Shown in pieces: positions 23,601-33,617 of a stretch of DNA of 64,000 bases. Source of the DNA: Trueperaceae bacterium (GTDB lineage: Bacteria > Deinococcota > Deinococci > Deinococcales > Trueperaceae). The notes under the pieces were generated by a model, which saw only the letters and a list, made by a program, of their open reading frames with translations, was not told the origin of the DNA and did no database searches. Location: the NCBI GenBank assembly GCA_034520945.1, contig JAXHNB010000005.1, forward strand, positions 831,529-895,528, given 5' to 3'. Numbering within the stretch: position 1 is the stretch's first letter; each line of letters starts with the position of its first letter. A program made the position numbers and the translations under genes.

Positions 23601-24076
23601 GGCACGTCGCCGAACTGTTCGGCCCGGAAGGGGAGGGCGAGATCGACACCGACCACGAGGACGGCCGGCCCGTCGGCCTGCGCATCCGCCTGCGCCCGCC
23701 CGGCAAGCGGACGCAGGCGCTGGGGTTGCTGTCGGTGGGCGAGCGAACGATGGGGGCGCTGGCGTTCCTGTTCGCCCTGATGGGCGATGAACACGCCTCC
23801 CGCCTGCCGGTCGCCGTTCTGGACGAGGTCGACGCCCCACTGGACGAGGCGAACATCCACCGCTACCGCCGCTTCGTGGAGCGCCTGGCGGCGGCCGGGA
23901 CGCAGTTCGTCCTGATCACCCACCAGAAGGCGACGTTCGAGGTGGCCGGCGCCCTGTGGGGCGTGACCACGCAGGACGGCGTCAGCCGCGTGTTCTCGAT
24001 CCACCGCGACGACGCGTCCGCCTACGACGCCGCCGCCGACCTCGTCGCGGACGAGGGGCCGTCCGTCCCCTCATGA
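20633..24076 (+). CDS. smc: Chromosome segregation SMC protein
   Basis: GFKSF, GPNGSGKSN, coiled coils, hinge, LLSVGE signature, LDEVDAPLD, ITH. Confidence 0.92.
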   Translation: MRIERLVVSGFKSFGERTTLTFDAAVTAIVGPNGSGKSNLVDALRWATGGGRARAYRAEDKTELIFHGASGKKRMGLAEVEVEIGTDDGPLRIRRTLDRDGVTRLKLNGRNARFLDIDEALAGTGLGTGSLAVIGQGEVSGVLMADPSRLLAYVSEAAGVAQLTTRRERTEANLEQARTHLTRLDENIAEDAARVEALTREAEEARRHDELRARANRLRLTIADARAGDLRAAVAELAERVEAHEHALQQGRDTLAELRTALEEARRRDAEAEAAHREAHAAHARAVAELRVAEHAYEAATTRAADLAGRKERAEHEANELAQQEAPQAPDDDAEAAERAADAAEATLHAAREARAEAEAEAEEARRAREALEDRAARAARDAAEAEARHASLTQQLEEVRTALSEADAAAPAADGDIGEEADRAGQARTALAAAESELASARTRLENAQAQHARDAAEARAWDRASQRQRAAFEARQGYAQGPRHALTSGVHGVEGSLADLMRVPEELQEAIGLALGRRAEYVVMSDDASAREVLAHVRERGGWVTLLPLTLVRRSRPGLDSDFEAEAGVIGLASERVSCDARYRPAVDQVLGGTALVDTAERATALAKRYARRPRMVTLDGAILEPGGALSGGRRQGRGPVLGAAAELEEAEATRDRAREAEAAAKAEVEAAQAAFETARAGVEEARAALDRAREAEVRAQEARAADARMREELEGRRQRLEQALAALPEVPGGVAPERLAEVRERDARARGTLADANKAESDAAEAASRTARDAALARERRASHQAALERWRHDRTRAEEQAQEAERLAREAERAWGEAQEAEARVETARAAVPEDATDAERAREEAREALREAEAAVDAANERQTERAEALERARVQQARRESALEAAEEERAGFPDGLEPLALGAKQASAELRRVEAELETIGAVNHRAAHELAELSPAHDARCAEAEEARTAVDELFTTLARLDRETTRRLTAAVDGVREAFRRHVAELFGPEGEGEIDTDHEDGRPVGLRIRLRPPGKRTQALGLLSVGERTMGALAFLFALMGDEHASRLPVAVLDEVDAPLDEANIHRYRRFVERLAAAGTQFVLITHQKATFEVAGALWGVTTQDGVSRVFSIHRDDASAYDAAADLVADEGPSVPS

Positions 24077-24103
24077 CGCGAAGGACGGGCCGGTGACGCC
24101 CCG

Positions 24104-24838
24104 GTGAGCGGGGACGGCGCCCCCCACCCAGCATCCGCCTGGCGGATCGTGCAGCTCGACGAGATCGACTCGACGCAGGAGGAGGCCAAGCGCCGCCTGC
24201 GTGCCGGCGAGCCGTTGGACGCCACCGTGCTGCGGGCGGCCCGGCAGCGTGCCGGCCGCGGCCGCCGCGGCCGCAGCTTCGTCAGCGAGGTGGGGGGGAG
24301 CTACCAGTCGTTGGTCGTTCGGGACGCGGAGGGCGCCTGGCGCCACGGCGCGATCACGCTGGCGCTGGCGGTGGGGATCGCCGAAGCGTTGGCCGCGCGC
24401 GGCGCGCAGGTGGGCCTGAAGTGGCCCAACGACCTGATCGACCCGGCGGGCCGCAAGTGCGGCGGGTTGCTGGCGGAGCACGTGCACGGCCACCTGATCA
24501 CTGGCGTCGGCGTCGGCGTCGACGTCGCCACCGCGCCGGCGGGGTTCGGCGTGGTGCGCGCGCCGCTGGACGCGGTCCACGCCGCCGTGATGGACGGCGT
24601 CACGCGCGGTCTGGCGCTCGCCGATACGCCCGTGCGGCTGCCGGGCATGTTCGCGCCGTGGGACGTGCTGGCGGGACGGACCGTCAGCGTCACCCCCGCC
24701 GCGGCCGGCGCGGGTCCCGCCACGGGCGTCGCGGAGGGCGTCACTGCAGGCGGCGCGCTACGCCTCCGTTCTCCGCGCGGCGACGTCCGGACGGTCCCAG
24801 GCGGCAGCGTGATCGCCGTCGATCCGTCCCTGACCTGA
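24104..24838 (+). CDS. birA: Biotin-protein ligase (no HTH)
   Basis: DSTQ, QRAGRGRRGR, KWPND, KCGGLL. Confidence 0.85.
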   Translation: MSGDGAPHPASAWRIVQLDEIDSTQEEAKRRLRAGEPLDATVLRAARQRAGRGRRGRSFVSEVGGSYQSLVVRDAEGAWRHGAITLALAVGIAEALAARGAQVGLKWPNDLIDPAGRKCGGLLAEHVHGHLITGVGVGVDVATAPAGFGVVRAPLDAVHAAVMDGVTRGLALADTPVRLPGMFAPWDVLAGRTVSVTPAAAGAGPATGVAEGVTAGGALRLRSPRGDVRTVPGGSVIAVDPSLT

Positions 24839-24955
24839 ATCGCGGGGCCAGCTGGGCCGAAGGTATGCCGACCTCGGGGCGCGCGCCGCATGCGCACGTG
24901 GCACACGTCGGCGCGCGGGGGGCGGGTGGTAGCGTCGCGGGCGGGGAGGATCCAC

Positions 24956-25831
24956 GTGACCGATGCCCGCCACCCGAACGACGCTCCGACGGGCCAAGCG
25001 CCCGAAGACGACGCCCTGGACGCGTTCCTCCGCGCGCGGTACCGCGCCCAGTCGGAGGCGCGCCCCTGTCCCTCGCGGATCGAGGTGGCCGGCTGGTGGA
25101 TGGACCTCGTCGGGCTGATCATCCCCGAGTGGGCCACCTGGCAGCCCAGCGAGGAGGCGGACTTCCTGGCGCACGCCGACGGCGTGCGCGCACGCACGGC
25201 GGAGCTGGTCGAAACCTGCGATCCGGACCGCAACGCCGCCGAGCAGGTCGCGCGGGACCTGCACCGGGCGCTTCCCACGCTGCACGCCCGCCTGGAGGAG
25301 GACGCGGCCGCGATCGTGGCCGGCGACCCGGCCGCCCACGACCGCGTGGAGGTGGTGCGGACCTACCCGGGCTTCCGGGCGATGGCGGCCTACCGCGTGG
25401 CGCACTGGTTGCACGGTGCGGGCGCCTGCCTGATGGCGCGCATGATCTCGTCCGAGGCGCACCGCGCCACGGCGATCGACATTCATCCGGCCGCGAAGAT
25501 CGGCCGGCGCTTCTGCATCGACCACGGCACCGGCGTGGTGATCGGCGAGACCACCGAGGTCGGCAACGACGTCAAGATCTACCAGGGCGTCACCCTGGGC
25601 GGCCTCAGCGTGCGCAAGGAGGACGCCCGCACCAAGCGGCACCCCACGGTCGAGGACCGCGTGGTGATCTACGCCGGGGCGACCGTGCTGGGCGGGGACA
25701 CCGTCATCGGCGCAGGTTCGGTCATCGGCGGCAACGTGTTCCTGACGCGTTCGGTGCCGCCCGGGTCGCGGGTGGCGTTCCGTCCGCGCATGCAGGAGAC
25801 CGCCCCCAACGGCGAACGCGGCGAGGTGTGA
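24956..25831 (+). CDS. cysE: Serine O-acetyltransferase (EpsC/CysE type)
   Basis: GDPAA, YPG..A...YRVAH, IDIHPAA, IDHGTGVVIGET, KRHPT. Confidence 0.9.
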   Translation: MTDARHPNDAPTGQAPEDDALDAFLRARYRAQSEARPCPSRIEVAGWWMDLVGLIIPEWATWQPSEEADFLAHADGVRARTAELVETCDPDRNAAEQVARDLHRALPTLHARLEEDAAAIVAGDPAAHDRVEVVRTYPGFRAMAAYRVAHWLHGAGACLMARMISSEAHRATAIDIHPAAKIGRRFCIDHGTGVVIGETTEVGNDVKIYQGVTLGGLSVRKEDARTKRHPTVEDRVVIYAGATVLGGDTVIGAGSVIGGNVFLTRSVPPGSRVAFRPRMQETAPNGERGEV

Positions 25832-25979
25832 GGGGCGGCGCGGCGTAGCGTTGCCAGGCGCGTCCCCATACCCGATGCTCGACGAACGTCACCCGTTCGG
25901 GACATGGGGATACCCGCCGCGTTCCACGCGTGAGGAGACGTCATGTCCGAGGAATGGGTCGTCAGCGGTGGGGGCGCCA

Positions 25980-26130
25980 TGACGCATGAAGCGTTCAAGG
26001 CGGCACTCCTGGCCTCGGCGAGCATTCCCATCCTCACGCCGCCGGTCCCCATCGGCGCCGACCACCACGTCGACGGCGGTGTACGCGATATCGCACCGCT
26101 GCAGGTCGCGAGCGACACCACGGCCGCGAA
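25980..26130 (+). pseudogene. Fragment of patatin-like phospholipase
   Basis: AALLASASIP...PPV...VDGGVRDIAPL (catalytic DGG region only). Confidence 0.6.
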
Positions 26131-26147
26131 CGACCGCCACATACCCC

Positions 26148-27272
26148 CTACCGACCCGGCGGAGCGGATTGCAGAATCAGTCCTCGATACGCCTCCAGCG
26201 CGGGCTCGGCATAGCTGCGGAACGTCTCGACGTCGCCGATGTCCCTGCGCTGTTCCTGCGGCAAGCTTCTGAAGACTGCTTCCAGGTCGGGCTGTCGTTC
26301 GAGCTGTCGCAGAACCCCGCTGCCGGCATCGTCGAGGGATGCGAATCGTTGTTCGAGATGGCTTCGAAGCGCCTGGAGATCCCCGCGGAGGTCCAAGCGG
26401 GCCACCCGCTCGTCGAGTTCCTCGACCGTGGGCAAGGTCGCCAAGCGAACGTCGAGGGCCTCGTTCAACTCGCTGAGAAGCTCATCCCTCGTGTTCAGCA
26501 GCGCTGCATCCATGGCCTCCTCGATCCGCCGCTCCAGCGGCGCGCCGGGCTGAACCACGGGCAGCACCACGCGGGTGGGCGGCGTCGTACCGTCCGCGGC
26601 CGGCGTGCCTTGGGGGACCGATTCGTCCCAGGCCGATCGCCTGTCCGCGTTCGTCACCTCCTCGTTCTCGCCGCGTGCGTTCGCAGCGGCTCGGGCACGA
26701 GCGTCCACCTCGAGCACGTGGGCATCGAAGATGCCTGCGACGGTGCGCGGGGGCACGCCAGCCAAGCGGAGCTGTTGCTGTCGACCCAGCCAGTACAAGG
26801 CCGCCGACGTCGACGGCGGCATGACCCGCGCCTGCGACCCCTCGGTCACCTCGATCTCCCAGGGGCCCGCGAGTGGACTGAGTGTGCGGGCAGCCGCGCC
26901 GTCGAGGCGTGCCCACATCCCGAGGCCGAGTCCGACGACGAAGAAGAGGGCGAACGCGAAGGTCACCGCCCCCACCGCCGCCGTGTTCACGCGGAGGTGC
27001 CTCAGGATCGCGGTGTTGGATGCACGGAAGGTCGAAAGGGCGGCATCGGTCGCGACGTGCGAGTCAGACGACAGCGTCGACTTCAACCCCTCGAAGCGCT
27101 CGTCCAAGGCCTGTCGGTCGGTGCGACCGCGCAGGGCGGCGATCGCGCCGGTCGCGAGTCCCGCCAAGACCGGCAGAGCGGCCGTCACGGCCGGCGACGC
27201 GGACGCCGCCACCATGAACCCCGCCGCGAACCCGAGAATCGCCAGCGCACCTGCAAACCCGATGTATCGCAT
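26148..27272 (-). CDS. Hypothetical membrane protein (about 3 TM helices plus helical/coiled-coil C-terminus)
   Basis: GGGAGA RBS; hydrophobic N-terminal helices; heptad-like C-terminal region. Confidence 0.65.
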   Translation of the reverse strand: MRYIGFAGALAILGFAAGFMVAASASPAVTAALPVLAGLATGAIAALRGRTDRQALDERFEGLKSTLSSDSHVATDAALSTFRASNTAILRHLRVNTAAVGAVTFAFALFFVVGLGLGMWARLDGAAARTLSPLAGPWEIEVTEGSQARVMPPSTSAALYWLGRQQQLRLAGVPPRTVAGIFDAHVLEVDARARAAANARGENEEVTNADRRSAWDESVPQGTPAADGTTPPTRVVLPVVQPGAPLERRIEEAMDAALLNTRDELLSELNEALDVRLATLPTVEELDERVARLDLRGDLQALRSHLEQRFASLDDAGSGVLRQLERQPDLEAVFRSLPQEQRRDIGDVETFRSYAEPALEAYRGLILQSAPPGR

Positions 27273-27352
27273 GCTGATCTCCCTTTCCGATCGAATGGAC
27301 CGGGCTCTCCAGCCCGGGCCGACGACGTCGCGACCGCGGGCCTAGACGCCAC

Positions 27353-28110
27353 TCATGAGGATTCCTGCTCGGGCCTCCCGAAGTAGCCCGACGCGAGCAA
27401 CCCCGCGAGGCCGATCGCGGCCAACAGCAAAAACCCCGACCCGGCGCCGACGGCCTGCGGCGGTCCGAGGGACAGGCCGACGATGCCGAGCACACCCGCG
27501 ACGGCGCCGGTGATGCGCACGGCCGACACCAGCACGCGTCTTGGCCACACGACCCGCCTCCCAGGCAATCGCACGACTCCAACCATCACCAGGATCGATG
27601 CGAACACCGAGATGTGCTTCACGCCGGCCAGCAACGAGGTTCGTTCCAGCCACGCCTCCCGCATGGCCGCGTACGGCAGGTCGAGGGTCGTGAGGACGCG
27701 CGTCGCTTCCCACACCGCGCTCGCGATCAGCGCCGCGGCGAGCGCCAGCCCTACGGTCGCCAGGGACGACGAGGTGCGCCATGCCGTGACGCCGATCGCG
27801 CCGATCAGCAGGGCGTACCACAGGGCGGCCCCGAGGTGGAGGCGCACGGACGTGCGCGCCCGAGCGGCGGCGCTGGCGTCCGGCGTCGCCGCCGGGTCGC
27901 GAGGGATCATGCAGGACGGGCCGGCGTTCTCCCCGAGGATGCAGGCCACCTCGCCGGGCGTGCGCGCGAACCCCAAGGCGACGGCGACGGTGGGATGGCC
28001 GAGCAGGTCTGGCTCGCCCGGGCCGCTCGTCCCCATCGTCGTGACGTACCCGAACGTAGCCGCCAGCACGAGGCCGAGGACCGACAAAACCAAACCGAGC
28101 CGTCGCGGCC
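27353..28110 (-). CDS. Multi-TM segment, probably the frameshifted C-terminus of the upstream patatin gene
   Basis: Several hydrophobic helices; no convincing start; overlaps the low-quality tail of ORF 27907-31020. Confidence 0.5.
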
Positions 28111-31020
28111 AGGGACCACGCGCCCCCTGCGCCTCGCCTCGCGGGGGGACAGGGCGCTCCACAGCAGCGCGCGAAACATGAGGAAGGCCAGCGCGAAGAG
28201 GACGAGCCCGGCCCCCAACACAGGCCCATGACCCAACGAGGCCAAGGTCCACAGCGGGTTGTCGATCAACAGCAGCACGGCGCCGAACAACAGCAGCAGA
28301 TTGGCCCAGTACGAGGCCAGCAGGTTCGCGAACGTCTTCGGAATGGCGGCCACGAGCAAATTGGCACCCGCGAAGGACACGAACCCGACGAGGTTGCGGA
28401 CCGCGTCGGGCATCCGCGACTCGGTCGAGAGCGTGTCCGTGAGCTTGCCGCTGACGCGCACCAGCCTGGACAGGCTGTCGGTCGTCCGGCGGGGATCCAG
28501 CTGCAGGCCCTCGCGTCGTTCGGTCAGGAACCGCGCCACCTTCGCCTTGGTGGCGCCAACGTCCAGCTCGGCACCGCCGTCCTCGGTGCGCCGTTCGACG
28601 CGCAGCGCCTTGCGCCCTTCCTCGCCGAGGTGGAACTCGTCCTCCACGATGGCGAGGTGGGCCTCGGTGACGAGGTGCTCACGAACCTCGTCGCGCGCCT
28701 CGATCGGCGCGCCATCGAGCATCGTCGCGATCAGCCGTTCGGCGCCGTCCAGGCGTCCCCAGCGGATGTCGTGCGCGCGCCACCCTTCGTCCAGGAATGC
28801 CCCGAAGGACGCGAACCGGGCGCCGTACAGTTTGTCGTCCGGGATCGCCTGGCCGTAGTGGCCCGCATCGACGGGACTGATGCGGTGCACGTCGACGGGA
28901 GCGAACTCGTGGCCGACGTCCGTCGCCTCGAGCAGCGGATACTGCACCATGTCGAAATGCCGGAAGTGCTTCCAGTACCGCAAGAGCAGGGTGCGCACCT
29001 CGCTCGCAAGGGCAGGGGAGACCTCGAGTTCGGTCAGGTCGCGGAGCGCTTCCCCGGACTTGACGGTGCGCTCGCGGTTGTGCTGCGCGATCGTGGCCGC
29101 CACGGCGTCGATCAAGGGGCGATGGCGCGCCAGGAAGGCCTCGGCCGCCTGCCAACCCGCCGCGTCGGTCGGCGCCGCCAGGATGGCGATCAACGCCTCC
29201 CGGAACGAGGCGAATCCGCCGGAGCCGCCGCCCGAATGCACCAGGTCGCGCAGAGCCACGTGAATGTCGGTCGCTTCGCCCGCGCCGCGCCCGGGATCGA
29301 GGGCGAACACGGCGCGCTGCGCCGACGTCTTGGCGAGGCGAAGCAGCGGCTGCACTTCCGACCAGGCGTCGTCCACGCTGCGTGTGTCACCCCGGTCGTA
29401 GGCGCGCACCAGCGCGTCGAGGTGCGTGTTCGTGCCAACCACGTGGCGCAGCTCGTTCACGAGGTCTCGGTCGAACACGAACGCTTGGTCGATCCTGTTC
29501 AGCAGGTAGCGCGCCCTGCGCGCATATGTCGCCAGGTCGAAGCGTTGAAGGAAGTCCCACTCCAGCTCGGCGTCCGGCCGTTCTTCGCTCGTGTTGCGTT
29601 GGAAGTGGGAGTTGCGCCACGCGCTCGCCACCCTCCGGAGTGCGCGGCGGACGTCGTCGTCCGGGGGGACGCGCAGGGCGTCGGCGATCGTGTCGGCCAG
29701 GGCGTCGGTGGTTCTGGCGACGCGCAGCCGGTGGTATGCCCCGTAGGCGTAGCCGTACTGGGCCACCAAGCCCTGCAACGGCGCGCGCTTGGGGTCGATG
29801 GGACCCGCCGTCGCGTCGTTGGGGTCGTCCGGAATCGGCACGTCCTCCAGCACGCCGAATCCGAGGGTCCGGATCCGGTCCAGCAGGCGGTTGCGCTCGA
29901 CGATTCGCTGGATGTCGGCCCGGATGGTCTCGTAGCGCGCCAGCGTGACCACCTTCATGGTGTTCTCCAGCGCGTTGGGCACGTCGTCCAGCGCGACCGG
30001 CGCCTCGGGGTCGATCCGTTCCGGGGCGGGCTCCAGGTAGTACAGCTTGCGCTGGACCCTGACCCCGCTGGGCGCTTCGGAGAGGCGATCGATGGCGTGC
30101 CCGAACGGTTTGTTGTCCAGGTAGCCACCGTCGGCGAAGGCGCGGCGTACCTGCCGGTCGGGGGTGTCTTCGCGCCCGGAGCGGAACAGCTTTGCCCACG
30201 GCGCGCCGGCGTGCCGGCGTCCCGCCAGCCGTTGGGCGCCTCGCACCACGGCCGGTTCGAACGCGGCGGGCAGGCTGCTGGTGGTGCGCGCGGCGAAGGC
30301 CAGCAGCGGGTCGTGCTCGGCGGTGAACTCGTCGTGTTCCAAGCCCCGTTCGGCCAGGCGGAAGGTGAAGGCGTGCTTGTGGTCGTACTCGTGCACGACG
30401 CCGTCGGCAAGCCGGAGCTGAGCCACCTGTCCGGCGAGGTCGGTGCCGGTCACGACCAGGTCCAGGTCCTTGACCAGCGCGCCCGTGCCCTCGGGGCTGC
30501 TGCGGTTCAGCGCGTCCATCGCGTTCAGCAACTCGACGTACATGCGGTCGCTCTGGAACAGCGCCTTGACCGGTTCGCGGTAGGGGTAGCGCGTAGGGCT
30601 GCTGCTGCGGTGGTCGTTGATCAGCTTCTCGAGCGCGCCCTGCTGAAGCCACAACCGCTTCAGCGGTTCCAGGTCGGCGTTGCGGGCCAGCGCCTTGCCC
30701 AACATCACGGCGTTGATGCCGCCGGCGCTGGTGCCGGAGAGGATGTCGACGATGAATCGAACGGGGGGAGGGGAGACGAGGACGTCGTCGTCGATTTGGT
30801 CGAGGGGCGTCCCGCCGAGCACGTGCGCCAGCCTGCGGTAGACCCGGGCCGTGTTGGTGGTGGCCGCCTCGGGGTCAGCCGCGGGGCTGGTCGCGCGCAC
30901 CAGCTGCAACAGCTCCTGGCTGATGCCGTTCATGTAGATCGCCAGGCTGGTGCCGCCGTACATCACGACGGCGAGGCGGATTTCGCGGTGGACGTCGCGG
31001 TCTGCGCCGGTTGCCTGCAT
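27907..31020 (-). CDS. Patatin-like protein (patatin plus DUF3376-like region, C-terminal TMs)
   Basis: EIRLAVVMYGGTSLAIYMNG, GTSAGGIN, DGGYLDNKPF, KLYG..FASFGAFL...WR..D..WGRLDGAERL. Confidence 0.85.
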   Translation of the reverse strand: MQATGADRDVHREIRLAVVMYGGTSLAIYMNGISQELLQLVRATSPAADPEAATTNTARVYRRLAHVLGGTPLDQIDDDVLVSPPPVRFIVDILSGTSAGGINAVMLGKALARNADLEPLKRLWLQQGALEKLINDHRSSSPTRYPYREPVKALFQSDRMYVELLNAMDALNRSSPEGTGALVKDLDLVVTGTDLAGQVAQLRLADGVVHEYDHKHAFTFRLAERGLEHDEFTAEHDPLLAFAARTTSSLPAAFEPAVVRGAQRLAGRRHAGAPWAKLFRSGREDTPDRQVRRAFADGGYLDNKPFGHAIDRLSEAPSGVRVQRKLYYLEPAPERIDPEAPVALDDVPNALENTMKVVTLARYETIRADIQRIVERNRLLDRIRTLGFGVLEDVPIPDDPNDATAGPIDPKRAPLQGLVAQYGYAYGAYHRLRVARTTDALADTIADALRVPPDDDVRRALRRVASAWRNSHFQRNTSEERPDAELEWDFLQRFDLATYARRARYLLNRIDQAFVFDRDLVNELRHVVGTNTHLDALVRAYDRGDTRSVDDAWSEVQPLLRLAKTSAQRAVFALDPGRGAGEATDIHVALRDLVHSGGGSGGFASFREALIAILAAPTDAAGWQAAEAFLARHRPLIDAVAATIAQHNRERTVKSGEALRDLTELEVSPALASEVRTLLLRYWKHFRHFDMVQYPLLEATDVGHEFAPVDVHRISPVDAGHYGQAIPDDKLYGARFASFGAFLDEGWRAHDIRWGRLDGAERLIATMLDGAPIEARDEVREHLVTEAHLAIVEDEFHLGEEGRKALRVERRTEDGGAELDVGATKAKVARFLTERREGLQLDPRRTTDSLSRLVRVSGKLTDTLSTESRMPDAVRNLVGFVSFAGANLLVAAIPKTFANLLASYWANLLLLFGAVLLLIDNPLWTLASLGHGPVLGAGLVLFALAFLMFRALLWSALSPREARRRGRVVPGRDGSVWFCRSSASCWRLRSGTSRRWGRAARASQTCSAIPPSPSPWGSRARPARWPASSGRTPARPA

Positions 31021-31469
31021 CGTGTTGGGCCTCCCATGGTCGGTTCGCTGAAGCGGCTGGGATCGCGTCCACTTCGTACGACGCTCTGAGTCGTCCTGAT
31101 GGGGCGAACCTCAAGCCAAGACAGGCGCACGGAATACTTCGCATGATCATACAAATTGGTTCGGGGGGCACGCCTGCGTTCAAGGGGAACGTCTGGCGGT
31201 GTATGCCGGGACGAGGACGTTTCGATGTGCGTCCGGCTGGGTGCGGGGAGGCCGGACCTCCCCCGGGGTCGTGGACCGGGCCTGGGCGGCTCCGAGAGCG
31301 CGGAGGAAATGAGGTCGCTGAGCTCGAGGTCGTGGACGCGCATCGTCGCCGTCGCCATGTGATCCCGACGCGGGCGGTACCACGAGGTCGATCGATCCCG
31401 CCGGGACGTCTGTACCAAGCCCGCACGCGCGTGTCCACGTACCATCGACCATCAACGTGGAGGTGATGC

Positions 31470-32313
31470 ATGGACCGTAACGGCGATGCGCTCCCGGTCC
31501 CCGGGCCGGACCCGATCAGCCCCACGCCACCGTCAAACGCCGGCCGCCGAGCTTTCCTCACGAAAGCGGCCAGCGCCATCTTCGCTGGGATCGTGCTTTC
31601 CGGCCGCGAGGTCGAAGCCCAGGCGCCGTCACCCGAGGCGGCCACGCCACGACCCCCGTTCGACATCGCGGCCGACTCGGACGAGGACGTCCTCGTCCGC
31701 ATGCAGAGGGAGCTCGAACGAGCGCTCGCGAAGCCAATCGACGAGCGGCGGTGGGGCATGGTGATCGACACCCGCAAGTGCGTGGGGTGCGACGCATGCA
31801 CGATCGGCTGCGCCATGGAAAACAAGCTGCCCTGTCGGAGCCACCTATCTACGGCCCGACGGCATCGTCGAGATCGACTACGAGGCGTGCATCGGCTGCC
31901 GTTACTGTCTGACAGCGTGTTTATACCAAGCGAGGGCGTTCGACTTCGGTGAGAACTGGACCGACGCTGCGACCGAGGGCGCGCCCGACGCCCTCGCGCT
32001 CGACTCGGCGAAGGGGTACGAGCGCGAAGCGAGCTTCGAGTACGGCAAGGAGTGGACGCGAGAGCCGGGGGGGCCGCTCCGGGGCCTGCTCGAGCAAAGC
32101 CCCGTCGGCAACGCGCGCAAATGCCAGTTCTGCGCCCATCGGCTCGATCAGGGGATGCTGCCGATGTGCGTCACCACCTGCATCGAGCGAGCGACCTTCT
32201 TCGGCGATCTGAACGATCCGACCTCCTTGGTCAGCGAGCTCGCCTCGCGCACGAACGCGACGCGGCTCAAAGAAGAACTCGGCACTCAACCCAAGGTGTT
32301 CTACCTCGCATGA
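31470..32313 (+). pseudogene. Tat-exported 4Fe-4S dicluster protein (NrfC/TtrB-like) with internal deletion and frameshift at ~31830
   Basis: RRAFL Tat signal; [11 protein letters not shown], then frame change into CPVGAT...[11 protein letters not shown]...KCQFC...PMCVTTC...GTQPKVFYL. Confidence 0.85.
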
Positions 32314-32333
32314 GGGGCAAACGTGCTTAGCGC

Positions 32334-32830
32334 CAATGCCGTTCACGTAAGGATGATTACGGCTTCGGACGGGGTTTTGGTCGGTTGCGGCCAGCCTCCG
32401 TGCTTGGCGCGTTTGGGTGGGTCGTACGTGACGGCGCGCTTGACGACGCGGGGGCAGGAGCGCAGGCGTGCGGGATTGGGTGCGGAGAGGATTTCGTGGA
32501 TCGCTTCACGGATCAGCTTGGCCCGGGTCGTGGGGGGGGAAACACGCTCGGGTCTGGAGCGTTTGCGCCGTATGGCGCGCAGGCCGCCCGTGAAGGAGAG
32601 CCTGCCTTCGTCGACGTTGCCGCCGAGGGCGGCCTGGTGCAGCAGCCAGCGGATGGCGTAATGGACGCACGCGAAGCCGTAGAGCTCCTGGATCACGCCG
32701 CCTGGCGTGCGGCTGCGCAGCACCAAGGGGGGGGTGCCGCCCTGGCTGGCCTTGACCTCTCCGATGCTGATCTCGATGTCCCAACGCTTCGCGTACAGCG
32801 AAGCCTCGCGAAGCTCGAGGTCCTGTTGGC
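32334..32830 (-). mobile_element. IS4-family transposase C-terminal fragment with right end
   Basis: Y..RW.IE..IGEVK (YREK), LRSRTP.GV.QE.YG, RLSF, R.RSCPRVVKR; terminal CAATGCCGTTCAC at 32334. Confidence 0.8.
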
Positions 32831-32911
32831 GGCGTAGTCGGCCCCTGGCAGGGGGGCTCGAGTCCGCACGACCGTGGCGACGGCCTCGCCCCACCCGCGC
32901 GGCGCGATACC

Positions 32912-33009
32912 GCAGAATGTCGGCACCCCGAAGCAAGATGCCGGCATCTCGCGCCAGCAAGAAGACGAAACGTCGGGAGTTGCGCACAAGCCCCGACGTT
33001 TTGTATGCT
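32912..33009 (+). promoter_or_regulatory. Probable AbiEi operator inverted repeats plus -10 box
   Basis: AAACGTCGGG (32968-32977)/CCCGACGTTT (32992-33001); second imperfect IR at 32914-32949; TATGCT 5 nt before the ATG. Confidence 0.6.
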
Positions 33010-33014
33010 GCGTC

Positions 33015-33617
33015 ATGACCACGAACCGGCGCAACAACGTCGTCGAGCTCATTCGCTCCGCCGGAATCATTCGTCGGGCCGAGTTGGAGGCACTGGGCGT
33101 GCCGCCGTCGTCGCTGTATCGCCTCGTGCGCGAGGGCCGCGTCGAGCGGCTCGATCGTGGGCTCTACGCCGCCGCAGACCATGAACCCAGCGCGGAGCAC
33201 GCCCTCGCCCTGGTCGCCAAGCGCGTGCCGGCAGGGGTCGTGTGCCTCCTCACCGCATTGCGCTTCCACGGACTGACGACCCAAGCGCCGGCTGACGTGT
33301 GGATCGCGCTCCCCGAGAAGGCTCGGCGCCCGAAGCTCGCGTACCCACGCCTCCGCGTCGCCAGGTTTTCTGGTGCGGCCCTGAAGGAGGGCATCGAAAT
33401 GCACGAGATCGAGGGCGTGCACGTCCCTGTCTACTCAGCCGCGAAGACGGTCGCCGACTGCTTCAAGTACCGCAACAAGGTCGGTATCGACGTCGCCGTC
33501 GAGGCGCTGCGCGATTTCGGGACCCGCTTTCGCGGCCGCGCGACCGAACTGGCCCACTACGCCCGCATCTGCCGCGTGACGCGCGTCATGCAGCCGTACC
33601 TGGACGCCATCGCGTGA
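33015..33617 (+). CDS. Type IV TA antitoxin AbiEi
   Basis: wHTH with ERLDRGLY; VVCLLTALRFHGLTTQAP; AKTVADCFKYRNKVG. Confidence 0.9.
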   Translation: MTTNRRNNVVELIRSAGIIRRAELEALGVPPSSLYRLVREGRVERLDRGLYAAADHEPSAEHALALVAKRVPAGVVCLLTALRFHGLTTQAPADVWIALPEKARRPKLAYPRLRVARFSGAALKEGIEMHEIEGVHVPVYSAAKTVADCFKYRNKVGIDVAVEALRDFGTRFRGRATELAHYARICRVTRVMQPYLDAIA

